Positions 40,729 to 54,530 of a stretch of 64,000 nt of DNA are shown here, piece by piece. The position numbers and the translations under genes were made by a program. How positions within the stretch are numbered: position 1 is the first letter of the stretch; each line of letters opens with the position of its first letter. Location: the NCBI RefSeq assembly GCF_009914755.1, contig NC_060930.1; one strand, written 5' to 3'. The notes under the pieces were generated by a model. It was not told the origin of the DNA. It was given only the letters and a program-made list of their open reading frames with translations, and searched no databases. Origin of the DNA: the human T2T-CHM13v2.0 reference genome, Homo sapiens.

Positions 40729-42530
40729 AGCACTACATGACTTATAAAGCTACACTAAGCAAAAATGTATACATTGGAATTGAACAAGGAGTCCAAAAAT
40801 AACCCACATATACAAGGGCAACTAATTTTTGACCAAGGCTCAAAGGCAAAGCAGGGGAGAACAGTCTTTTCAAGAAGTGGTAGTAGAATAACTGGGTATC
40901 CATATGGCAAAAAAGAATCAACTTCAATCCTTATTTTATACCATAAGAAAATTCACTCAAAATGTATCATAGACCTAAATATAAAATCTAAAACTTTAAA
41001 AGTTCCAGAAGAAAACACAGAACATCTTTGTTACCTGGAATTAGGAAAAAATTTATTTGATGGGACAGTTAAAACATGACCCATACAAGAAAAAAAATGA
41101 TCAGCTGAACATCATCAAGATTTAAAATATATTGTTAAAATACTAAAAATAAAAGCCACAGAGTGAAAGTATCTGCAAAGCAGATATCTGATCTAGGACT
41201 TGTATCCAGAATATATAAGGTTCTCTCAAAGCTCCAACAATGAGAAAACAAACAGCCCAGTAAAAGAAGGGCTAAAGATTTTAACAGATACTTTATGTAA
41301 AGATGTCTCATATCACTAGTTTTAAGAAAAATATAAATTAGAATGGCCAAAATTAAAATAACTGTGACATAGCAAGTGTTGGAGAGAATGGGAAAGAAAT
41401 GGAAATTTCATGCATAGCTGGTGGGAATGTAAGATGTTCCAATTTCTTTGGAAAAGAGTCTCATGTTTTCTTAAAACATTAAACATACACCCACCATGTG
41501 ATCTAGCTATTCCATTCCTAGGGATTTACCCAAGAGAAAAGAAGGTGTATGTCCATACAACAAAGACTTGTACACAGTAGTTGGCAGCAGCATTATTTGT
41601 AAAGTGAAAAAAAAATCAGAAAAAAACTTAAATGTCCATCAACAGGTGAGAAGGTAAACAACTGTGTCACATCCACACAATGGAATTTTAGCAATAAAAG
41701 GAATTAATGATTGATGTTTGCCAGAACATGAATGAGTATCAAAATAATTATGTTGAGTCAAAGAAGCCAGACCAAAAAAAAAAAACAGGAATACATACAC
41801 TAGGATTTCATTTATATCCTACTCTAGAAAATGCAAATGAATCTATAGGAACAGCAAACAGATTACTAGCTACCTAGGGGAGTGGTCATGGTGGGAGGTG
41901 TGTTCATAGAGAAAAATAAGACAACTTTTGATTTGCACTCATGGATTCTTGTCTATGAAATAAGACTTAACGATGGAACCCCTTAGAGAGTTCATTATTT
42001 GGAATGCAGTAATATGAAACAACTGGAATATTCTACTATCTATGCATAATGTCTGCATCTTTTTGTGCTTGATTGACAGTTTCAGAACCCCATGCCCATA
42101 TTACATGCCAAGTATATACTACAAAAGTACTAAAAAATAGGGCAATGACGATAGTATTAAATCCTTATGAAAAAATTTAGACTATATTAATAGGAAACTT
42201 CCTATATCAAAACTTTGTATGAAATAATTTAATAAATATTTTTGAGTATCTACCATATGCCATTGTAGGCTCTTGGCACAGTCAAGCTCCCTAGTGTGAC
42301 AGACAGACATTATTCAAGCAACTACATATATAAACGCAAATTTGATATGGTGACAAGTGCTATGAGGAAGAGATACATGGAAACATGAGAGAGTTTTGTA
42401 AAGAAATTTGACCAAGTTAGGAAGGTTAGGAAGGCTTTCTGAAGGAAAAGGCATTCAAACTAAGATATACAGGATGAGCAGATATTAACTAGGTGAAAAG
42501 AGAAGTGAGGAGTGTTCTAGGAATAGTATA

Positions 42531-42870
42531 CAGTAGTTCTCCCTTATCCACAGGGGATACATTCCAAGAACCCCAGCGGACACATGAAACTCCGGATAGT
42601 AACAAGCCTTATATATACTATGTTTTTCCTATGTATACATACATATCTATGATAAAGTTTAATTTATAAATTAGGTAGAGTAAGAGATGAACAACAATAA
42701 CTAATAATAACATAAAACAATTATAATAATATATTGCAATAGGAATTTTGTGAATGTCCTCTTTCTCTCTCAAAATACTTTGTGTAATGTAGGCACCTAT
42801 TTTTGGATTGTGGTTGACCATGGGTAACTGAAACCTGGAAAGAAAAACTGCAAATAAGGGGGGACTGCTG
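42531..42870. mobile_element. MER44A-type MITE inserted in an L2 remnant
   Basis: TIRs cagtagttctcccttat / ataaggggggactgctg, TA TSD. Confidence 0.85.
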
Positions 42871-44420
42871 TATACAAAGGCCCTCTAATGAGAGGAAAAA
42901 TGGTGAGTCCACGAGACTGAAAAATGTTGTGCAAAAATAGTTTCAACAGATTTAATACAGCAGGCTGAAAAAGTATCTTGAATATTATTTGGAACATTCT
43001 GTTTAACTGAATTGATAAATATTTGTTAATTATGTCCCTTGTTTTTCTTGGTAATAATAAAACAATGTTATGGCTATTCTACGCTGTTTTGAATACTGTC
43101 TTCACTATTTTGGACTATTTTATGGAAGAACTATACGCTGACACATTAGCAGTTAACAATGTTTATTTAACCCTGTGTGTCACCTTGGTTTTCTTCTTGT
43201 ATGTCATGTTAGTTTTTTCCTTTTTTCTTTGAAGTCATTTGCCAAAAATGAGGGATCAGCTATATAAGACAGTGCTATTATTCTTGGATTTCAGGTGAAT
43301 CAGGACTGAACTACTGTTACCTGCTGACTGACTCATTTCAACCTGTTTAAGCTCCATCAAAGTCCCCATCAGAAAGTTCACTTATTTTCCCAGCCTTGCC
43401 AACTGGTTTAAGAAAAATGTAATAGCAAATAAGGAAGAGAATGACTCAGAAATCTAAAAAAAAAATTTTCCTTCAAGGAAATTAAAATAATATTTAGGGA
43501 AACAAATTATATAAATGAATAATTATTTTAAGTGAGGAATAAGACATTCTACAGAGAAGAGCACTGAAGAAAACTGGATGTGTTGGAAAGTTTCCCAGAA
43601 GACACGGCATTTGTTCTAGGCTTAGAACAATTTGTAGAAGAGGAGAGAGGAGAGATTCCCTGCATTCCAGGCAAAGAAAATAGTGTGAGTAGATCCATGA
43701 AAACTGATAAGGAGCATCTGAGGTTTAAGCTTCAGGGATGAGAAGAATGATGATGCTATTAGTAGCAGTGGAGTTGGGAACATCCATGAGCAGGAGCTTT
43801 CTGTCAAGTATGCAAAATACACTTAAAGAAACAGCAAGAATCCAGATAGTTCGGTGGAGGTGGTGGAAGGAGAAGAAATCAGCTTTAATTCTGTTTCATA
43901 GTCTAAAACTTTATTCACATTTTATGTTTCTTTCTACTGTTTGTAAAATCCAATTCCTTCTGATCCTTTATCAGAAGAAAATTCAATAGCTATTTTAGTA
44001 CTGCAACCTGCATTGGGTCTACAGATTTTGAATGAAAACACTAATTAATAGTATTATCTATTAATTAGATAATCTACTTTCTTCAGTACTATGTAGGTCA
44101 ACTTAATTACATACACTATACACTCCCATTTTCCCCTGAGAAAGAGAAACCTCTGAAAGTGTGAACATCTTTCTAAATATGTTTCTAGTATTCAAAAGTA
44201 TACATTTTTCATAAGGCTTGCCTTGTAAATGTAAGCAAACTACTTCATTTGGTGCTAAAGAAACAATGATCTGCTCCAATGGTAGAGGAAAACTTAGGAG
44301 TGCTGAACTCACAGAGAATCAGCATATCTGAACAGGGCTGACTATACTCGACCATGCTTGCACTTGTGGGGTTATTTGCAGGTAACTTTGATCATAAGTA
44401 CTTTTAGTTGTATTTCCCTA

Positions 44421-44454
44421 TGTTAGAATTTCAACTCTGTTAGAATTTCAACTC
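44421..44454. repeat. 17-bp perfect tandem duplication
   Basis: tgttagaatttcaactc occurs twice. Confidence 0.95.
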
Positions 44455-44648
44455 CATGTAAGATGTGACTCTACTGTTCTCTTCTAAACCATGCTAATTC
44501 TGCTAGATTTATGTGATTTATTGCATTAATCCCCTTCTTTACTAGGATTGTGTATTTGACCACTGCCAGTAGTATCAGTATCAGATGAGTCTGCTAACAG
44601 TTGAGTATATTTTGGGTTGGAAAGAATGCTCTGCAGTAGAGATATTTT

Positions 44649-44748
44649 TCTAAGTTTAATAAGTTTCTAAGTTTAATAAGTTTCATAAAAATGCCTTATG
44701 TAGTTAATCTAAGTTTAATAAGTTTAATAAAAATGCCTTATGTAGTTA
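44649..44748. repeat. Nested tandem duplication (17-bp and 42-bp units)
   Basis: tctaagtttaataagtt starts at 44649, 44666 and 44708. ataaaaatgccttatgtagtta occurs twice. Confidence 0.9.
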
Positions 44749-45679
44749 TCCAGACAGTCACCCTCCTAAAATGTTAACCCAGTGATGCCTTTTCTTAGTG
44801 CATGAAGTAATCTTTCTTAACTAAGGGTTCCTTAATTTCTTTGCAAAAAACTATATGCACTTCAATAAAAATTAAAAGTACTTCAATAACCACAAGGTCT
44901 TACTGGGCTGGGTAGCTTGTTTACCACATATTTATTCAGCATATATTATGGACAGGTATACACAATGGTAAACAAAAAGAGACATGACTCTCTGCTTTTA
45001 TGAAGCTCTGCAGTCTAGCGGGGGAGCCAGACCTTAATCAAAGATAATCACAAATAAATGCAAAATGGCAACTGGACAAATATAATGAGGAAGAGGTACA
45101 TATAATAATAGTGGGCATGTAGGTATCTGTGAAGAAGTTATGATTGAATTGAAAGACAATCAAAATGATTTTTTTAAAAGAAAAAGGAAGGAGGGAAGAT
45201 AGGTTAAGAATCAAATTTGAATAGAAAAGGGGGGACTGGCACTTATTATAGTAACATACTCTTAAAAAGGCTTAATATTATTTTTCAAATATAAGTTATA
45301 TCTACACTGTACTTGATAGTGAGTCATAATCCAAAAGTGTCTACACTGATTTTATAATTAAACATATGCTTTTGGTAAGTAGGACATTTTTCATTATCAA
45401 ATTTGACACAGACAACACTTTTGAGATCTTCAAAGGAGCTGACATTTGGTTTATAAATGTTTATCAATTATCAAATCAATATTAGTTTCCATATTTAAAA
45501 ATTATAATTAACAGGTCTAATCAACAGCTATTACTTCCTTTGACAGTTCTTCTTTTTCTGCTTCCAGTGTTTGAAATAAAGGGAATCCAAAGAATGTGGT
45601 AGTAAGTAACTCATCCCTTTAGAGATATTATAGATCTCTAGGGTGGGCATGGTGTGGGATGAGGTGGTGGAGAGAAATG

Positions 45680-45910
45680 TGAGATCTGGGAATTGATACA
45701 ATAGGTGATCTTCAGCTCTGCCACTTCCAAGCTATGTAACCTTCTGAGAGTAACTGTAACTCCCCAGGTCCCAAATTTCTTATCTTAAATTTGGGTTTGG
45801 TGTGAGAATTCAATATGATAGTGTTTATAAACCACTTAAACATGGTAAGATGTGCTGTAAATGTTAGAAATAATAATAATAAAAATAATAGTAATAATAA
45901 TGATAATAAT
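45680..45910 (+). mobile_element. MIR followed by (AAT)n
   Basis: cagctctgccacttccaagctatgtaacctt core. Confidence 0.6.
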
Positions 45911-48900
45911 CACATCTGATACTCTAAAGGATGTTAACTGAATTTTAAGAGTTAATTGAATTTTGTTCTACAGTTTTCAGATGTAAATCTTTGTTTATAA
46001 TTATGTAAGTGTCCTTCACTATGTAAAATAAAATTTAATTAACCTACTTTAAAAAATATGATTCTTAAAGTGTTATTCAAAGAAACAAGATTTTTAAAAC
46101 TTATGCTTTACTAGTAGTTTCACATTCATTTTATTCAAGTAACCATACAATTTATATGTGATTGCATCATTGAAAATATTGGTTCTTTGAAAGACCAATA
46201 TGTGCTTGTAATATAAGAGACAGTCAAATTCAAGATAAAATATTCAGAAATTGTATCCTCTTGAACTGCAGATTTGATACTGTGAGCTTTAGTCTCCAAT
46301 CTCCAATTAGGTTTCTTTTAAATCCACATTAATTAAATGCTCACAAAAGTACATCAATGTGTGATAAAGAAATATGCTCTTTCCAGTGCACCTCAGTGGA
46401 ACTAACTCAAAATAGTGTGGAAAGATAGAGAAAAAGAAGCATTAATACAGCTGGAATGCAACATTTCTGAAAGAAAAAAAAAAGTATTATGGAGTATATT
46501 ACTCTGAAACCCTATAGTGTTTTTTAATTAAAACTCAAGTGCTATGAACCACAAGAAAAAGATAGAAAATATTATATATTTTAGATTATTTAGAATGAAT
46601 AGAAAATATTATAAGTTGTTTTTTTCTTTTCCTTTTGGAGATGATATTTTGATTATGGACTTGAAAAGAGATTTAAAATGAAGACAGACTGAAGACAACT
46701 GCTATTTAATCCTCAATTGCTCTGCCAGGCTCTCCTGTGAATACCATGGTCATGTACTCCTGAAATTCCAGTTCACAGTTTCTCTAAGCTCTTTAGAATA
46801 TGACATGCTTGCTTCACCACTTTACTTAGTTCTCAGGTCCCTCAAGTATTTTATGCTGGGTGTTTCAGAATACTTACGGAGGAGGTTTTTTACTTAGTTA
46901 AGATTAATTAGAAAGGCAGCAATCTCAAGATCAGCAGAAAGTGAGCTAGTAAAATAATCACAATCCCTGGTTAAAAACAAGCAAACAAAAATCCTTTCTA
47001 GCCACTGCTTCCTTAGTAGGACACTCTATTTACCTCCAAATTACTCCTCTAATTTTAAACAACTTGTCTAGCTAATTTCCTGTGTGATCACTGACTATCG
47101 GTAAGGTTCATTTTCTTATCTACATCATGTAGGTAATTAGAGGAAATTGAAAGTGGGTAGTGAAGCTTTTATGCAACTGGGATTGAAGCTGAATGGAGGG
47201 CAGCAAGGTCAGTGGAGTCCATTATATTTTTATGTGAGAGGCTGGTTTGTCTGCCCTATCCTTGTTTATTTAGTGTAGGCTGGACAGACTACTAACTGCA
47301 AATCTGTGTCTCTGATTTGCCCAGCTGTCCTTGAATAAAGACATCTTCCCCTGCAAATGTTAAATGACAGTGATCGACAACCTATGATGAACTCTGCTTG
47401 TAACCCCCTGCTACTGTTTTTAGATTGCAAAAGAAAAAAATAGAATAAGGAAACATCTTTTGTAATCACATCAAATGGTCCCTGCTGTTCTCTGAATACT
47501 TTTCATTTTGTTTCCCTTTTCATTACAAATCTCAATCTGTTCTACAAATGCCATAAACTCAGCCACTCCACATAAAGTTAAAAAAGAAAAAAATATTTAG
47601 CCTACTAAATTTTGCTTGCATATTCATGCTGATTTTTAGTTTACTGGGGATATACACTATTACATAATGGTTTACTCACACCCTTATGTCACATAACTCA
47701 CTTGCTTGTTCTCCTAAGAATAATATGGCAAAATCTGTACAGCTAAATATGAGATATGCCTTTCAGCAATTAGCTGGCACTTGGGTTTAGTTAAAGCTCT
47801 GGTAGTTTTATTTGATATGTAAATCTTACATGTACTGTGACCCTTAACAACATTGACTGTAACTTTACCTTTTAGATTTGTTAAAATAAGAAACAAATGA
47901 TTAAATACTTAAAATCTACTTTGACTTTTTCTTTACTGAAAGCATGTGAACAAATGAATGTTGGTTGAGTGTGTGTGTATTTTTAAACATACATATATAT
48001 TTTTTCTTCCAGGTACAGTAACTATTAGTGTCTGCTTTACCTAAGCAGATTACTGGGAATAGAGGAAAGACACGACCAGAATGGATTTGTACCTGGTTGC
48101 ACATAAACATTACGCAACAGTAAACTAGTACTTTTATGTCACTGCACACATCGCTGCCTACACTGAACTCACTAAATCACAGATAAGAGGGCACTTGTAC
48201 AGTGGGGATGGCAGCCTGCTCGATGTGAGACTAAAGAAGCTTTATGCTATAACTTAATCTCTGTCATGGGAAAAGTAAAACTTATAAAGTTAATGAGTTC
48301 TAGACTTTAAGTAGCACTTGATTAATTTGTAACATTCTGAGGCGTTAAAACAAACCAAAATTAGTTTCTCACATTCCACTGCTGTCTTTTGGCCACTGAA
48401 GCTTTAGAAAAAACATTTCAGTAAATTTCCCTGATAGGAATCCTGTTTAATTTCTGAAGTATTAAATTAATTGGCTATTCTGTATTTTATAATAATATTT
48501 GAAAAACAATCTGGCATTTACCACACTAGGTCCAGATATATCAACGGATAAAAAAAATGCCTTATATTTTTATCTTTATTTCTTCAGATATTATTGGATC
48601 ATTATCTATTAAAAACTAAGTGTGATATAACTTTTTTCTATATATTATCAAATATATATAGTTAGCATTGTTTTTAACACTTATGATTTGGACTTTTATT
48701 AAAATTATCTATTCAAACTTTATAAATCATATATCATACCAAACAAAATAAACCTCTAAAATAAAAGACTATTATAAATTGGATTTACATGGTATTTATA
48801 TTGACCAGAAAATTCACTGCAAGGTATACTAGGAATTAACATTCCAGGTTGAAAAAAGTAAAAAAAAAATAGCCCTATGTTAGAAAACATTTATTGGAAA

Positions 48901-49544
48901 TGATAAAACTAAAATCCAGCTAATTAAAAATTTTCTAATATGCACATAGTTTACTCCACTACAATAAAGTATCAAAATAACTTTATCATGTAAATGGTAA
49001 AAATATAAGTACTAATGTCTATCATTGTAATTCTTCATAAAAATCTATGTATATTTCCTTTCAGGGCTCATGTGAATATATGTGTCTGACTTGTATCATT
49101 GTCTTATAAGTACTTATGGACATATGTTCGGCCCTCAACCAATTAGGACAAGCACATAAGCATTTGTCAAAAATAAATATGAAGAAGAAATGATACTTCA
49201 TTTTTTCCAATATAAGAAGGACCACCTGGTTGACAGCTGGAATTTAAGGGATCTTAAAATAGTGGGTACCAGCAGGTCTGTTGTACTTAAAATAATTCAA
49301 GTGGTAAGAATTCCATCAGGAACATCTATTTCCCAGGATTTATAGCTAAGTCCTTAAAAAATTGCCCTTTGATGAAACTTGAAAAAATTCCTGTTTTAAA
49401 GGCTACAATAAAAATGCCTTACAGCTTAACAATGTTTAGATATTTTCCTTTTAAGAAATAAAAATCTCAAGGCTGTCAGGTTTGAATCCTAAAAAGGGAT
49501 ACTGAGATTAACAGCAACATATAATTGTGTAAGATTCAGTGTCA

Positions 49545-49763
<219 letters not shown>

Positions 49764-50849
49764 TTACCTTGCTTCTACCTTTAAAACCATATATATTTAT
49801 TAGAAGTGACTTTCTTTGTAATTTGCATTTCTACTGGGTATGAGAATATATCAAACTTAAACAAAAAGAACCCCACAAGAATTAAACCCAAAATGGAAAG
49901 GATTAAGGCATAGCATTAAAACCTTTCTAATGTGTTTAATATTTGCTTAATATTCTTGTTCTAGGAGTTAAGAAATACATACACAAAAAGTTAAATAAAT
50001 CTAAAAATGAAATATCAAAACAGGCCAATATATAAGAAATACCATAATACAGGCACAATTGCCAAATAAATGAAATGAACGCTGGTGCTACAAATTTAGA
50101 AAAGGTAATAATCACTGAGGCTAAATTAAGGAAATGTTAAGAGGATGCCATACCATGTGGATGGATGAATGTCAGATACATTGTCCAGGTGGGAATCATA
50201 AGCAAATTTATGAAGCGAAATATGTACACAACATGATTAAAGGTGGGAGTAAGAATGTTAATCAGGAGAAAGGGGAAGAAGTAATTTATAACAGTCTAAT
50301 GGAAGGTGTAGGTAGAAAACTAAGACTGTGGAGGACCTTGACAGCCAGGCTAACGAAATAATTCTTTATTATGTATATAATTGTAGACTGTGGAGGGGAG
50401 AAATGATGCAAACGGTGGTTTAAAACAGATTAATTGGCAAGACTGTGTTGGGTACATTAAGTATGTCAGAGAAACTAAAGTTGGAAGATCACTCAGGAGA
50501 CTGTCAGCACAATTGTTTAGGAATAGGGTGATGAGAACCCAAATAGGAGCTAAAGAGTGAACATTTTTTTTTAAGGGAGAAATTTGAGAAAAAAAATAAT
50601 AAAGAAAGGACTGAATAAAAGGCAGCTGGTTTAATATGTGAAATTGGGGAGCAGAGAGGGAGGAGCCAAAGATTACCCCCAAAAATTCATCTTGGAAGTA
50701 TTAAAGACTGTGAATGCAGCTCACATAGAACAATGGTAGGACTCCTCAGTCTTCTGGGCATGATGAACACAAGATTTTAGACATGTTGAGTATGTTCACA
50801 GAGGAACAGCGACATGGGAATATCTACTGAGCGAGCAGAAGCAGACTAA

Positions 50850-51690
50850 GTTTTGTTGACTTATTCTACTCTTTTTATATTCTCTATTTCATTTATCTCA
50901 ACATTTATTTTTGTTACATGCTCCGTTGTGATTGCTCTTCTTTTTCCAGCTTTTTTAAGGTGGAGGGTTAGGTCACTGATTTGAGATAGTTCTTTAACGC
51001 AGGCATATACAGCTACGAATTTCCCTTTAAGTATGCTTTAGCTGGATCTCATAAGTACTGTTATGTTGTGCTTTTATTTGAAAGTATTTTCTAATTTCTG
51101 TTGTGATTTCTCCCCTCAATTTCTGTCTGTTTTTGCTGCATGGATTTGGGATGTTGATTTTAGTATGGATATGTTTATAATTTGTATATCTTTCTAATAA
51201 ATGAACTCATTATAATAAAACGTTTGCCTTGTCTCTATTAAAATGATTTTTTTTTGTTTAAAGTCTATTTTGACTGACATTAGTATAGCCACTGACTGAC
51301 ATTAGTATGGTATAATTCAGCTTTTACGGTTGCTGTTTACCTGGTATATCTTTTCCCAACCCTTCACTTTTAACCTAATTTTATCTTCAAATATAAAATG
51401 TGCCCCTTCATAGAGAGGAAGATTGCCAGAGGATGGGAGGGGTAGGGTGGGTGGGGGGTAAGGATTGTTAATGGGCACAAAAAAATAGTTAGAAAGAATA
51501 AGACCTGCTATTTGACAACACAACAAGGTGACTATAGTCAATAACTTGATTGTATATTTTAAAATAAGTAAAAGAATATAATTGGATTATTTGTAACACA
51601 TAAAATAAATGCTTGAGGGGATCACCCCCCCCAAAAAAATGTGTCTCTTGCTGATAGTGTATAGTTAGGTCTTGTTATTTTCTCCAGAAT
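50850..51690 (-). mobile_element. L1M ORF2 fragments (minus) with a nested L1MA 3' piece on + (about 51410-51625)
   Basis: The reverse frame gives KIRLKVKGWEKIYQVNSNRK (L1 endonuclease-like). Nested aaaatagttagaaagaataagacc...caaggtgactatagtcaataa. Confidence 0.7.
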
Positions 51691-53227
51691 CAGAATTCAA
51701 CTGAGTTCTGTCTGATTCCAAAACTGGGGCATTTTCAAGTATACTTTATTGTCTCTATAAACAAAAAAGGAGAAAATACTTGATAATCCCTCACTTCTTT
51801 GAAAAAAAAAAAAACAAGGACAGGAAGAAATGTTCATATTTTGGTTTATTATAGTAATATAAGAAGAAAACTACATAAGACTAATGATACTATAAGTGCT
51901 CAAAAGCAAAAGACTTGAATATCAAAGTATTAAGGGAGGATAATGAGAAAATTGATGATGTCCTGATATATATATTTCTGGTAAAAAAATTTTCTATATG
52001 ATTGTGTGCTAAAAGTTAAACCCAAAGTGAAAAGCATTGTACCCTGCTTTGATTAGGAAGAAATGGGTGACCCTCAAATTTCTGAGTAATTCTTATGAAT
52101 ATTCTAATTCTCTATTTTGATTTGTAAATACATTGCTTAAAATTAAGGATTGATTCAATAAGTGATTTGTTCTTTTGAAACAATGTTCTTTATGATGATA
52201 GAGGGTCAAATGCTGCTACAGAATTAATCACATGGTTTGCAAGCCATATCTCAAAAAGACAACTTTGAAGAAGTCATGATGGAACATGTAAAATAAAGAA
52301 ACTAGAGATTTGTGGGGTGTTTTTGTTCCTTATTTAGGCTAGGTACAGCATTTGAAGATATCATAGTTTTCTTCTGAGTGGGACAGATAGCTGACAACAA
52401 GAGATGGCTTATTTAGTATAGATTGGGAAACAATTATTTCAATGTATTAGCAATCATTACTACCTCGACTTAACACTGCTCTAGGCTTCTTAACTCCTCA
52501 GTTATTTATCCAGCCCCTCTTAGACTTGCTTGCTTTCATTCCATATTATGTCCTCTGGCTATTTTATCATGATGAGAAAGTCTTCCTGACACTTATGAAT
52601 CTTGCATTTTTGTAGGAGCTTTTTCTATGAAGTGTCAATCTTTGAATTCTACTTAGGGCTTTTAAAAATGTTTATCTCTTCTTGAGATATACATTGAGAA
52701 TTGAGTATTGAGCATACTCTTGGTAAAACAAGATTTGGACTCAGTATTAACAAAAATCTGAAACTTAATAAAGGTTTATATCATTATGTAAGGTGTGAAT
52801 AGAACCACAGGAGAAACTGATTTTAAATAAACATACCAGAACATATGTATGTCATGTTAACCAAATACCTTGGGAGGTTATAAATGCATTTCAATAGGGC
52901 ATTCACTACTCAACATACTGTGAAACTTCTTTTTTGGCATTGCAATCAGAATGACTTTAGGAACTACACATTATCATGTAGTCAAACAAGATTTTTTACA
53001 ACTCCAAATTACATTGCCTGACTTAACAAACTTACTCACTTGACTTGGCTTCAAATAAATTCCTTCTGTTTTCTCAAAACAAAAGTAAAGGTAATGAACA
53101 AAACAAAACAAAAAACCCACAAAAGAAAAATAACCATTAGCGGACCACATTTTGCTACCCAAATAATCAAAAGAATGTACAATAGGGCCTGGAAGGAGTT
53201 AATATTTTTTTGTAATGGCAAAGCCTA

Positions 53228-53594
<367 letters not shown>

Positions 53595-54478
53595 AAATTC
53601 TGTTACATTTGTTAAAAACATCACTTAATTCTATTTTGAAACCCATATTCATTACTCAAAAAGATAAACATATTGATAGATCATATAATAAGATATGGGA
53701 AACAAGTGTCACGTGGAAATCTTAAATTGGGAGAATGAAAATAAAACCATTAAAAATAGAATGGTTATACATTAGAAAACAAAATGACACCTGTCAATCA
53801 AATAGCTAATGCTATGTCTTTCTGGTAATATATGTAAGTGGATATACTTTGGACATCTAACTTAGTGTCTGTTTAGGCAGAAAGTTTTAGTTTTAGTTAA
53901 TGTTTGCAAAATTTAGATGTTTGAAGTTATTAACTCATAAAATTAATTACTTCCTAATATTTAGAGATATCAATATTTTGGCTCCAGGGTAAACTTTCGA
54001 GAAGTTATATTTAAAGACAACAAAGAAAAACAGAGATTTTCAGTACCAGATGTCAGGGAAGATCCCATTTGGATTTGAGCTACTTAAATTTGCAATCATG
54101 TATTTATACATCTAACAGAGCTTCTGTTTCCCCCAGAATCAGAAAATTAACTAGCTTTGTAGCATCTTCCTTGATCTGCCACCCGTGCCCTGAGGATTAG
54201 AGACTCCACCTGAGCTTGTTTTACAAGCATAACAGAAAAAATTAATCTCTGCTGGCAGCACTCCCACTGGGATACTGATGAATAATGATATCCCTCTTTT
54301 GCTGCCCTCTCAGTCCACTAGAAAAGCCACTCTAACCTGGCAACGTGGCAACTGCTGAAACCATTCCAGCTGTGGATTAGGAGGCAGTCAAGCATCCATC
54401 TGCTCTGTGTGAATCAAGAGAAAGCAAACATGCATTCTTATGGCTAAAGTCATAGTCAAACCCCAAACATCTTAGAGG

Positions 54479-54480
<2 letters not shown>

Positions 54481-54530
<50 letters not shown>
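54481..54530. repeat. (CA)n microsatellite, about 25 units
   Basis: Seen directly. Confidence 0.97.
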
